From Camelus dromedarius (taxonomy: Eukaryota): a stretch of DNA of 64,000 bases. Shown here in pieces: positions 1-11,530 of this stretch. The notes beneath the pieces are model-generated. The model saw only the letters and a list, made by a program, of their open reading frames with translations, was not told the origin of the DNA and searched no databases. The translations under genes and the position numbers were made by a program. Position 1 is the first letter of the stretch; every line of letters begins with the position of its first letter. The stretch covers positions 24,800,001 through 24,864,000 of the forward strand of contig NC_087448.1 in NCBI RefSeq assembly GCF_036321535.1, read 5' to 3'.

Positions 1-363
1 CCTAAGAACCAGGAAAACTAGTGGTGTAAGTTGCAGATAGAAAGCTGGCAGGCTCTGTACCCAAGAACTGATATTTCAGTTTGAGTCTAAAAGCAGGAAA
101 AGACTTATGTCCCATCTCAACCAATCAGGTGGGAGGAATGGCCTTTTACTTGAAAGAGGGCCAGCTTTTTTTTGATGCACACCTTCAACTGATTGGATGA
201 GGCCCACCTGCATTAGGAAAGATAATCTGCTTTACTCAATCTACAAACTCAAATGTTAATGTCACCCAAAAACATCCTCCCAGGCATATCCAGAATAACA
301 TATGACTAAATATATTGACACCCCATGACCCAGTCAAGTTGACACACAAAATGAACTATTGTA
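1..363 (-). mobile_element. MLT2-family (ERVL) LTR, 5' portion, cut by window edge
   Basis: cagtcaagttgacacacaaaatgaactattgta (331-363) is the reverse complement of the MLT2 start TGTGATGGTTAATTTTATGTGTCAACTTGACTG; internal gattggatgaggcccacc and tttactcaatctac also match. Confidence 0.85.
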
Positions 364-898
364 ATGGTAGAATAAGAAAAGGTGGCTATAGGAGCTCTGA
401 TCTCCAGGGTGGAGGTTTTTAAGCAAAAAAAACCCAGCAAGTATAAAGGTCCTAAGGGCCAAAAAAGAGATTTTTTAAATTTATCTAAATTAATTCATTA
501 GAAATATTCAAAGACTACTTCAAAGTTTGGCTGCTATCAGTTTCTGGCATTCATAATGGACACTGTCATTTTCTACACAACAGCACTCATTCTATTACAC
601 ACACACTTGGGGGTCTCTACACTTTTGGGTTCAGAAGCTAACACCTAATAATCCATACTTCAGAATGTTCAACTATATGCTGAGACGGAGGAAAGAAATC
701 ACACAACCTGAAAAAGCCCAAACATCCTACTTGTGTGCTCATGTCCTTAAGCTTTTGTATCCTATACATGTAACTCGTGTTTTACCAGCTTGTCTCCCAT
801 CTGCTCCTGAAGGGCCAGTCTTCTAGTTTTCCATAAAGTCCACCCAGTATAGCTATTTCTGAAGGTCCTCAGAGGAAGTCAGAATTGTTCATATAGAT

Positions 899-1098
899 CA
901 GTGTTTCTCAATCACAGATGATTTTGCTCCCCAGGGGATATTAGGCTGTGTAACTAGTAAGATATTTTTAGTTTTTCCACCTGGAGTGGGTGCTATTAGC
1001 ATGGATGGTAGAAGCCATGGATGCTGCTAAATATTCTTCAATGCATAGGATGCCCCCATCACAAAGAATTATCTAGTTCAAAAAATTCAATAGACAGG
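899..1098 (+). mobile_element. MER20 (hAT-Charlie) DNA transposon fossil
   Basis: cagtgtttctcaa...gattttgctccccagggga...ggatgctgctaaa...caaagaattatc follows the MER20 consensus. Confidence 0.8.
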
Positions 1099-2376
1099 TG
1101 CTGTCAGCCATCATCGGTACTTCTGGAGTGATCAGAAAAGTCTAAACATGGAACCTCTTCTTATCTGACATTCCATCTATGGGATTGTTGAGAGCTACTC
1201 CACCAGAGGCCAGGGCTACAGGCTTCCCTCATTCGTTCTTGGGTAACTTTAATGGAAGTGTTTCGGAAGCATTCATTACTGTTAGCTTATGCTGCTGTGG
1301 TCTTCTCTCCTCTAACTTTCTCCAGAAGAGTCCACAGCCTTTGCCCCCAGGGATGCTGCTTGTCCTGAGGTCCTGAAACCCCCACCAGCAATGTCTCCAA
1401 GTGTCCTTTGTTAACATGTACCATAATAATTAGCTTTTCAAGGGCATGTATTCCCTAGCAGATTCTAAGTGTTTTATAGATATTATTTCATCTATTCCTA
1501 AAGCAAAACAATGAGTTTTACTTGCTCTACAAATAAAGCTACGAATACTGATAAAAATTAAGTAACTTTCCCAACTTACTCTAATTTTTCAAAAAAATGG
1601 ACTTTTAGGTTAAAACCAGTTCTATCTGACTCCTAAACTCTGTTCTCAATTAATGAACTAAACTGCATGCAACTCAGACAGGTGATTAGCCTCCATGGTT
1701 GCCTGCAGCTTTGTCCTGTGTCCATAATGAGAACCTTCTCTCAGTCCTTATCTCCTTACCCTAAACGAGATCCAGCTTAACAAAACATGAGCAAGTAATG
1801 TACATTTTTGGGAAAATAGAGTAAAATTTCATTGTAATATTTTTAAAATTTTATTTAAACCACATTTGTCCTTTCCTCAAGGTCCCTTTCCAATCCAAGT
1901 TTCTCTCCATCTCCTTAACTCTACAGCCATCTGCCAGCACACACACAATGCCTATAATTCCTTTTGTTGTACTGAACAATTCAGCCTTCACTTTCAGTTT
2001 GGAAACCCCAAGAAGTTAAAAAAAAGAAAAAAGGGAAAGGAAAGGAAATCAGAAGTTAGCTGTTCCTTTAAAAGACATTCATCTATTGTTTAAGACTGCC
2101 TCTCAGGAGTTTCTGTCTCAGAACTTTTATAAAGGCTTCATTCAAAAAAAAAAAAAATTCCCTGCATAGGTTTGAGGCAATAGGGGAATAGAGGAAGATT
2201 CTATTGCTAAGAAAATAAAAATTCTCTGTCACTGATACATACATAATTTAACCAGCCTCCAGATTAGCTTTTAAGATGTGCTCTCCTTGTGTGCAAGAGC
2301 CTTAAGTAATGGCATTAGTCATATGAGCTACTACTCATCATGTGCCAGTCATCACAGTAATTCATTCATTTAATAA

Positions 2377-2550
2377 AGGGGTCAGCAAAGGACAGTCCAG
2401 AGGCCAAATCTGTTCCATTCCTTATTTATGGATGGCCCATGAGCCATACATATAAATGGCTTTTAAATTTTTAAACAGTTACATTTTAAATAGTTATGCA
2501 GTTATTTACATGCTATCCTCAATTCTGCCTCTTGGCCAATCCCTGACTTA
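2377..2550 (+). mobile_element. MER58-like hAT-Charlie MITE, apparently inserted into a MIR
   Basis: aggggtcagcaaa...ggccaaatctg...ggcccatgagc...ttttaaatttttaaa; MIR-like sequence on both sides. Confidence 0.55.
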
Positions 2551-2559
2551 AACCAACCA

Positions 2560-2710
2560 TTGTTGAAGTAGAAACTGTCATCATCCCCATTTTACAGATA
2601 AGGATACTGAGGCTTGGAGTGATTAAATGATTTCTCTAAGGTCACACAAGTGGGAAGTGGCAAATCCAGGATTCCAACCTGTATTTTCTCACTCCAAAGC
2701 CACCACTTCC
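2560..2710 (-). mobile_element. MIR SINE
   Basis: MIR core atccccattttacagataaggatactgaggc...aaggtcacacaagtgggaagtggc. Confidence 0.75.
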
Positions 2711-3554
2711 AGCCATCATCCTAACCAATGCTCCTATCCCCATGGCCTGGAGCCAAGAGTATACATATTTTAATAAAATGAAATATAATTTGCAGCAAGA
2801 TGTGGTTCTGGCTTCAACTCGGATTGGGTAGCCTGCCAGCAACCTCGGCAGGACCACCAACGTGCTGTCTGGCTGTGCACATGCTGCGCGACTCATCTGT
2901 GCACCGCACAGGGTTATGCACCCAGAGGAGAGGGGACGCACCTCTCAAAAAGGGGGAAGAATCCAACCAGTGCTCCTCATGCCCTGAAATTTATGAATTT
3001 CCCACTGAAACAGCCCACCACCCCACAGGATGCGGACATGATTCCATGAGTGTCTGAGGCAGGAGGTAAATGGATGAAGCCAGATTTCATGTGGTATTTT
3101 GGACCGTCCTTCTCTGCCAAGAGCAAGGCTTTTTCTTTTTTTTTTTTAAATTTTTTTAAACGGAGTATCTTGTCTGCCTGTGGGAGCCCTTTCTCAGGAA
3201 GTTCTCCAGTCTGTCATGGAACCTACCCTCACTAGGGTCCATATACAACCACAGCACAGGGCTGGGCTAAAAGAGCTAAGCTTGGACCAGCACAATGTGT
3301 ACATGTAACGACTAGGAAAACATCAGGGAAATGTGATAAATAAGCATACGTATCAGAGAATATATTAATAGACTCCAGTCCTTTTTTTTTTTTTTTTTGC
3401 TTTTCTTCTATCCCTATAGAGTTGAATAGAAGAATATGTTTCTTTTCACTTCAGAGAAAGTTTATTATGAAATAGGAATCATCCTTTCTCCATAATCACA
3501 AGGTTGACCCAAAGAGGTGACATACAATACTGCTCCTTATCATGGCTCTAGAAT

Positions 3555-3715
3555 GCCTGTGTTCATACCCCAGCTCTGTGACTCTGCAATAATTCAACCC
3601 TTCTCTTTCCCTACGTGTAAAGTGGGAAGAGTAACAGTGCCTGCCTTATTGGTCATTGTGATGATTATAAATGTGACACACTCAGGTCGTATACGGCACT
3701 AACTATGACATTAAA
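3555..3715 (+). mobile_element. MIR SINE (degenerate)
   Basis: cccagctctgtgac...ttccctacgtgtaaagtggg...aacagtgcctgcctta. Confidence 0.55.
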
Positions 3716-4092
3716 TGCATCTCGCCCTCAAATACCTCACAGCTTTGACATCGCAAGACAAAAGAAGGCTTTCCCACAATTTTCACTTGGTGTTCAATTT
3801 CCATTATGTGTAATTATGTTTTTCTGAGACAGAAAAGTATACCAGGTTCTGTAAAATACGTAATAATGCTCAATAGGAGCTCTGAAAGGACATTACTAAA
3901 GCAAAAGTGCTTAAAAAGAAGTAAATGTTTAGAAAGCATATTCTGAAAGGAATCAGCAATTATAATGATATTAAGATGTGCAACGTACTGTAATTTTCCA
4001 TTTTTAGAAATTTCAAAGCAAGTTATATCTTGGTATAAGATTGGTAAAAATCTCTCCCCCCTCTTCGTAATTTCCCAAAGAATTATGGATTC

Positions 4093-4160
4093 CAACTTCT
4101 TTTCTATTAGTGTAATTTAAAATATCAAGCTATAAAACATATAATAAGATTGAGTTTCTT
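4093..4160. repeat. 68-bp direct repeat, copy 1 (copy 2 at 4325-4392)
   Basis: caacttcttttctattagtgtaatttaaaatatcaagctataaaacatataataagattgagtttctt; manual alignment with copy 2 gives 5 mismatches in 68, no gaps. Confidence 0.95.
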
Positions 4161-4324
4161 CAATTTCTTTTCTTTTTTTTCTTTTTTTGAGAGTTATGTT
4201 TTATTTGGTGGGAGGGCTCGAACCAGGATGACAGCCTCTCAGATGGCTCTGAGGGACTGCTCCAAAGAGGTAGGGGAGGAGCTATATAGGCACTTTACAA
4301 CAAAGACTAGGTAGTTGGAACCTT
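4161..4324 (-). mobile_element. Short polyadenylated ERV-LTR fragment (U3 end plus R, then poly-A) between the 68-bp repeats
   Basis: Minus strand reads ...cctatatagctcctcccc...ggagcagtccctcagagccatctgagaggctgtc...aaataaaacataactctc followed by an A-rich tail (T-run 4164-4188 on +); TATA-like box and AATAAA present; resembles ERV LTR 3' ends. Confidence 0.7.
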
Positions 4325-4392
4325 CAACTTCTTCTCTATTAGGGTAATTTAAAATATCAACCTATGAAACATATAATAAGATTGAGCTTCTT
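4325..4392. repeat. 68-bp direct repeat, copy 2
   Basis: caacttcttctctattagggtaatttaaaatatcaacctatgaaacatataataagattgagcttctt. Confidence 0.95.
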
Positions 4393-5694
4393 TGTAGTCT
4401 CTGGACTTTTGCTTTAAAGATTGAGAATAAAACAAAAGAGTTCTAAGCATAGAAATTCACCTGCTATTACCTAGCTGAGAAAAGCCTGAATGTGCTGAAG
4501 TGATTGGGTGGCCCTAGGGGACCAGACTAGAGAGAGCAAGGAAGGAAAGAAAAGAAGGAAAGAGACCCTGTTGTCCTGTTGAGTTCCCCCACTGTCTGCA
4601 TGTTCCCTCTGTGGCCCTTCTCAGTGCAACAATCTCCAGGTCTTCTTTCCTTTCATGTGTAGCTCCATCTCTTAGCCCACTAAAAGTCCCTCTGTCTTAT
4701 ATTTAGGATCCCAAAATCTTATACCCTGAAAAAGATAAAAAATTTTAAAGGGTATTTATTATAGTTCACTCCTGGAAATAGAACGCCTTACCACCCCTCC
4801 AGTTAATCTCCAGTGGCAGAACTCTGGCACGGGGCAGGCAATGGGAAAGCTATTTTAGGGCAGGGGCACCCCTCCAACCACTGTGATGGCGTCCCGGGTC
4901 ATCTGTCCTTGGGGAACATTGGGCTGGCTACAACACCTGGGTTACTGAGAAGATGAAGCAAGAGGAGAGAAAAGAAAACAGAAGAGTTGAAAAGAACTTT
5001 ATCTTTTGCTTCTCACGTATAAAATGTTTCCTTCTCCTCTAACGGGAAGGATGACAAGAGGGTGTGCTTCATACATGCTGTAACGGGATGAGCGCGAGTG
5101 GGGAGGGGGTTCTGATTATAGTCTAACATCTCCTCAGGTTCATTTTATCGTGAAGAACTCTGCCTATATTGCATTAAAAAGGGAAGAGAAACTTGCATCT
5201 TTTCTCTCTTTGCAATTGTTGTATCTGGATAACTGTCCTACAGTTTTAAACTTATATTAAAGTTTCAGCTTTAATTTGTTTTTCTAGTTTATTTAACAGA
5301 GTCATATTAAAAAAAAATCTATAACCTATCTCATGCCCTCTCAAGGATTCTGCTTAAGGAAGAATACAAACCTTGATATATTTTTTAAACTATAATATAC
5401 ATTAAAATACAGATTTTTTTGGAAAAGAATATAAAGTTGAAAATATGTCTATGACTAATAATGTTTTGGGGAAAAATCTTATTTTGAAGCCTTTAAATTT
5501 TAAATATTCTTTTCTTACGAATTCGTTATGCACTCAACTTTCCCTCTTAACAAGAGATGTGTGAAATAAAGACAGAAATATTCTGTAAACATACTGTGAC
5601 ATTATGAACCAAAGCATTCAATAGCCATAGTTACACAGATAGCTCACAACTTTGACTTTTTTGAGAAAAATAAAGCTTTCAAAAAATTTTTGTC

Positions 5695-5810
5695 CAGGAC
5701 CTGGAGATCATCATCCAAAGTGAAATAAGCCAGAAAGAGAAAGGAAAATGCCATATGATACCACTTATGTGTGGAATCTAAAAAAAAAAGGACACAAATG
5801 AACTACTTAT
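5695..5810 (+). mobile_element. L1 fragment (end of ORF2 and start of 3'UTR)
   Basis: ggacctggagatcatcatccaaagtgaaataagccagaaagagaaaggaaaatgccatatgataccacttatgtgtggaatctaaaaaaa. Confidence 0.85.
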
Positions 5811-6049
5811 TATTTATAACTTAGATGATTGATTTCTTGAATATGTATAAGCACATTTGACTGTCTTTTATGTTTGGATTACTGAATTCTGTTGATTCTT
5901 ATTTTGTGGTTGGCTTTATTCCTTTGATAACTATATAAGTTTAAAAAGCTAAATCTCTAAACTGTTCTTAGAAACAATGAACAGCACATATATGTAAATT
6001 TAAAAAATATATATGCGGTATAGTGCATATATGTATTTATATGCAATAT

Positions 6050-6114
6050 ATTGTATGTGTGCAGTCAAATTTTATCCATTTTACCTAATAAAGCTGAAAA
6101 ATGTAAAAAAAAAA
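6050..6114 (+). mobile_element. Probable old L1 extreme 3' end with AATAAA and A-tail
   Basis: ttgtatgtgtgcagtc...cctaataaagctgaaaaatgtaaaaaaaaaa resembles L1M 3' termini (cctcaataaagctg...An). Confidence 0.45.
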
Positions 6115-6597
6115 TTATCCAGTGACACATTAATTGCATTTCCCTAAGATACAAAAATAGTGTGGTGTGTGAAATACTTCACAATGCTCAATATGAACTC
6201 CGCAGAGATATTGCTTTAAACCAGTGTGGCAATCCGAGTGCAGCTGCAGGATGAGCAACAGCTGGCACGGCCGAAGGAGCCAAGCTGCCCAAAGCCAATA
6301 CCTGGGAAAGTAGGAAGACAAGCAGCAGCAGAGGGAGGGCTCTCAGAACAAGAGACCCACCTTGTGTGGCGAGATGCGGGGATGAGCCTCCAGGACCTTT
6401 TTAGGTGGGAGTGAGTTTACCAATAGCAAGGAGCTGATCCTACAGGTAGAGAGAGGTACTAGGACTCTGAATATTAATAACAAGATTGGAATCCAATTTC
6501 CATAAATGGAAACTATGTTTCCCAGAATAAGGCCAAAACCTAGTTTCCAATACTGGATCAAAGAATAATATTTTACGACAGCAAGGATGGCTTTGTA

Positions 6598-6745
6598 TCA
6601 CAGTAACCAAGAAATGGAAGCAACCTAAATGTCCATCAACAGATGAATGAATAAAGAAGATGTGGTGTATATATATACATATATATACATATATATATAC
6701 TCATACATACACACATACACCCACAATGGAATACTACTCAACTAT
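6598..6745 (+). mobile_element. L1 ORF2 3' fragment with expanded (TA)n/(CA)n
   Basis: cacagtaaccaagaaatggaagcaacctaaatgtccatcaacagatgaatg...acaatggaatactactca. Confidence 0.85.
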
Positions 6746-7050
6746 ATTGAACATGTCATTGAATTAGGCATTTCTTTCCCAGAGCATTTGAGATAAAAGG
6801 GGGTACAAGAGGCCCATATGACTACAGATTTGAAAAGATATGCCTTGAGTATATTCAGATACCATGGAAAGAGATAGTAAATAGTGGTTTAAAATATAAG
6901 TGGCAAAACGTAAGTTATATTAACTCAAGCTCTTTTATTTGACAATGAGCTGCTTCTCAATAGATGATGCTAAGTAGTTAGAATTTATGATTTTAATGGT
7001 TTTCCTAAATAATACAGACCATTTGTGAAATATGCATATGATTAAGAATT

Positions 7051-7274
7051 TGTATCTAGAACCAAGAAATTTGCACCAACCAACCACACATCCTCCCGTT
7101 TATACTATCAAAGAAGCCTGAATTCTGACTTGGGGAAGATGGTTCTCCATTAGTCTGCCATCTTCTCACTCTGCCAGCTTTCTGAATAAAGTCGCTTTTC
7201 CTTGCCATAACACCTCATCTCCCAATTTCCTGGCCTGCTGTGCGGTGAGCAGAACAAGTTTGGAGTTGGTAACA
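7051..7274 (+). mobile_element. ERV1-class LTR, 3' part (TATA-like box, R, U5)
   Basis: aagaagcctgaattctgacttggggaagatggttct...gaataaagtcgcttttccttgcc...ggcctgctgtgcggtgagcagaacaagtttggagttggtaaca, ending in the typical ...GGTAACA; no TSD found. Confidence 0.7.
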
Positions 7275-9340
7275 GGAGATGGGAAGGAATTATAAACCAA
7301 AGCAATGTCTCACTTCTCTCTAGGACAAGCCATATCTTAACTATCAAAATAGCAAGGAATCCTATCAGAATTTCCACGGTAACTACTACTCTAGTTTATT
7401 TTAGTCAATATTCAGTTCTGCTCAGCATCAACTCTATCTTTAAAAAGGAATGACTTCTTTAGCTCTTCAGATGTACAGAGAATCTGAGTGCCTTCCATCT
7501 TGGAAGTGAATTCTGCGTCTAGCCTTGCTTACTGCTTGAAAAGAAGAGAACTTATCATCTGCTGGACATTCACCATGTGCCCTTTGGGTGTGCCTTGTCT
7601 GCGACACTACAGCTCTTGTGCCAGCCGGTCGTATATGCATGGGAACCACGCTCATTTACAGAAGCCAAGGTTCTGATTGGTAGTGGGGAAGTCAGGACAC
7701 ATCTGCTGAATTCCAAAACCCTGGGAATACTTTCCCTCAAGGGTGTGGGCTTTTTATTTTTAAAATAAGTTGAGGTCCAGCCATAGAGAGAAAATGAGAG
7801 ACTAGAATACATTTCTAAACCCTCCAGCACCTGCTGGCCAGCCTACCACATCATAGGTGTCAATTTATTTGTTGAACTTGAATTCAATAGGTAACCTTCT
7901 GGCCAACTTTAACACTGCTGTGATCATCACAGACTCCCCAAAATGATTTGGTCAATTAAATCTTGAGCACAAATTCTGATTCTGACAGAACCCACAAATT
8001 TATCACTCTGTGCTTCCCTTTTGAATTGATTTATAAGTACACCTTGCCCTACAGATTATCTAGCAAGGGGGAGGACCCACGCATCCTCAGTGGGCTTTAA
8101 GAATATGGTTATTATTCTTATTTACTATCTGTAGAGTTCAGAAAATGTGTGTGTATTTAGTGAGAACAAAATATTTGCTCTTTGCTTTAAGTAGTTACAG
8201 CCTGAACTAGGAAAACAAAATCTATCAGGCCCAAGATACAATACCCACAGGAGTGGGTAAATGCCAGAGGTGCAGACTTAATTATTATTTATTTATTTCT
8301 CTGGCTCTGCTGTGGGAAACTTGGGTCTCGACTCCTCTGAGTCTCGGAATCACAATCTTCAGGAAGAGATTCCAGCCACGCCTCTCGTCCTAACCCCTAA
8401 CTTAGCTCAGGAAACCAATAAGCTACAAGTGAACACGCCAGGATGTTTTTCTAACCCTCAGCAGGGACTCCAAGGCAAGAGTGTTATTTACCTCTGTGTC
8501 CCTCCTTACTTCCTCGTTGAGGTTAATACATCTGACAAGGTGTCAATATATCCCCAGGATAGATCTGTTCTTGTTGGGAACCAAATATGTTCTTCATTTT
8601 AATATTCTATCTATTGATAATCCTCTATCCCTGAATCAAAGCAGGGAAGTTTGATACTTACAGATGCTTACAGGAAGGGTCTTATCAACAAAAGAGAAGA
8701 AACATTATCTAAGGAGTCCCAACAGCTGAAAAGTGCTTTTCTCTTAGATAACATTTCTGAAGCAGAAAAGAAAAAGTTTAATTTCTATGCCTCCAGAATT
8801 CCAAAAAGAACACTTAAAACCTTCCTAGCAATGATCTCAAAGCTATAAAACAGACTTCGTATCCAACACCCTAGGAAAAGAATAGAATTTATATTTCAAT
8901 AACAGTCATTTAAAAGAGATGCCCATTTTAAAACAATGCACCACTGACATTTGAATGTTGGCACAATGTCCAAAATATGTACTCTGAATATTTGAGAGAA
9001 AAAGATAGCTGGCACCTACACCCTCCCCTTAATGCAAAACATATGTGCTTTTAAAATGAATTTGTATTTTAAATTTTTGTCATTTATTTCCACTTTGCCT
9101 AGATTTCATTTTATGAGTCATTTCACTTTTTCAATATTTTAAAACCCTTCATTTTAAAACCTGGTGATCAACTGTTTTAGAGTGAAAAAATGCAATGGAA
9201 AATTTTAAGCTTTAAACTTCAAATCTACAGTCAGTCACCTTTTTGCAACTCAGAGAGTGTGGCACTAAATGATGTTCACCCTTCAAATTCCAAACTTTAG
9301 AAAAATGTTTCATTATATGATTCTATATACTATCTCTCAC

Positions 9341-9342
<2 letters not shown>

Positions 9343-9380
<38 letters not shown>
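9343..9380. repeat. (AC)19 microsatellite
   Basis: Perfect dinucleotide run. Confidence 0.98.
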
Positions 9381-9382
<2 letters not shown>

Positions 9383-11399
9383 CTCCAACTTCTATTCCAA
9401 GCTATTCTATTCTATTCTGTTCTAATGTATATATCCAGCTACTCTTCCCTATAATCCAGATTTTCTTTCTGACAAATATCTTTAATAGCATCTTAGAAAC
9501 TTTATATGATAAGAGAGATACTGAACTGTGATAAAAGTAGTTTTAGTCAAAAGGAGATTACCCCAAATTACTTCTTTCTATATGCATTACTAACCTGTAA
9601 ATTTGATACCTCTCTGCACATGAACAAGAAATCTAATTTTGGTTAGGTGATTATCAGTCTAGTATTAAATCAAATCTGCATATTTGGGAAGGGGGTGAGA
9701 TGTTACAAATTATGTTCAAGAACAATTATAATACAAGCTTTCCATCTATGGACAATCAGATTATATTTTGACCAAGGTTTTGCTTAATGGATTTAAAAAA
9801 AAAATTCCTTATTTACTTGTTTTTGTGGTCTATTTAAAAAAAAAAGAGAGAATATTGTTTTTATCGAAGACCTCACTGCACAAAGAAGTCAACAGCTAAC
9901 TGGTAGTCAAGTGCCTAGGAAAAGAAATCAATTCAGCAAAGTAAACACAAACTTCTATTTTTAGTTACTAGGAGCCACATCCAAAATGTAGACATAAATA
10001 AACATGCAATGTAAACATACGGATGTTACAGTTACAGAATAAATTAAAAATCTCAGAAGGGCTTGGTCCATCACTCAGTGTGTGTGATCATTTTTAGCAG
10101 AGGTACAAATGCTGTTGTGTATTTGTTGAAGAAAAAGAAACATATGTCAGTACAATAATAACAGCAGCTTTCATTTCTCCTTGTGAGAGAAAAATCTTGT
10201 GACTTCTCCCTGTTACTCTGGGTAATGAACCAATCCTGGAACGTGGGAGGGAGACTATAGGACAACATGTTAAGGAAATGTGAATGGCACTGACAGTTCC
10301 GTCAGAGGCGCTAAAAATATCTCCATGCTAGGAACTCCTTTTTTAATCAAACAACATGAGGGCCAGTCTCTCATCTTAAGAACGCTGGTGTACTCTGTGG
10401 GAAACAGCTTACCCTTTTTATTTTTAAAGCCGATATTGTGCCTTATCTGGAAATCTGAACAAAAAATCCTGTTAAGAGGTAGACAGCATCTTCTCTGCTT
10501 GAAATAGAGAATATGGCTGTGATAAATATGTTCTAATATATTTTGAAGAAAACCAAATAGTCACAGAGGAAAAGTTTATTTATACTCTCCTGGAGGAAAG
10601 AGGAAACAATTTCAAAACTTAAATATTTTTGCTGGAGAAACTGGTCACAAATCTTATCACTGATGATCTAGTAAGAATAGTCCTCTTTTCTTGCACAGAG
10701 AAAAGCATAATCATGACTTAGGTTAAAAGAAGACCTTGAGTTTTATCTGATAAAATAAGATGAAATCTGATAAAAACTTGATTTTTATCTAACAAAATCT
10801 CTAGGGCAGGAAATTGCCTGCCTTATCAATTCTAAATGATTGAAAAAAAAAAAAAAAGGCTCTCAAGCTGTAGACCATAAAGTTAAGCAAAAACATCCTG
10901 CAAGTGAGAAGAGAATTTCTTAGGCCTAGTCCCCAGGTGGATCTGTTGTCACTCATAGATGTATCAGTGATGAAATTAGATACACTAGAATTTTCCTCCC
11001 ACTGGTGACATTTGCAGTCAGCGTGAGTGGACTTTCTGAGGGCAGTTTTTATCTCCTGGTGTAATAACATCCTCCTTTCAAATGGCAGCATAAAACACAG
11101 AAAAGCATACCCTCGTTTGTGGGGAAGGGTTTTAATTCTGAAACATAGTTCATAATAATATTCTAAAAAATTTACTCAACTTTGTTTCTAAGTTGAAAAA
11201 GGAATTTATTATTCATGATTATTTAATGACCTTTTCAGAGACCAGAAATACAACTATTCTTCATTGTAGGTCAGTACTTATTCTAAAAATACTAGAAACT
11301 GAAGAATAGTAACAATAACTTAATTTCATCAAATACTGTTATAGTCTAGTCTCTTTTTTATGTTTTTCCTATTATTAACTCAGCAAGCTATGACAAAGT

Positions 11400-11530
11400 T
11401 TTGCCCTTTTACAGATAAGGAAATGAAGACAAACTGTCTAAGATTACAGAAAGAGTTCTGTGGCGAAGTCAAGCTTCAGAACCAGGGAGTTTGACTCCCA
11501 ACCTCCATGCTCTTAACTACTGTGCTGGTG
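11400..11530 (-). mobile_element. MIR SINE
   Basis: cccttttacagataaggaaatgaagac...ttgactccaacctccatgctcttaactact. Confidence 0.65.

Noticed and set aside
6116-6597. Processed pseudogene call for the unexplained segment
   Set aside because: I translated most frames and recognised no protein; no TSD or own poly-A tail; kept only as an unexplained finding
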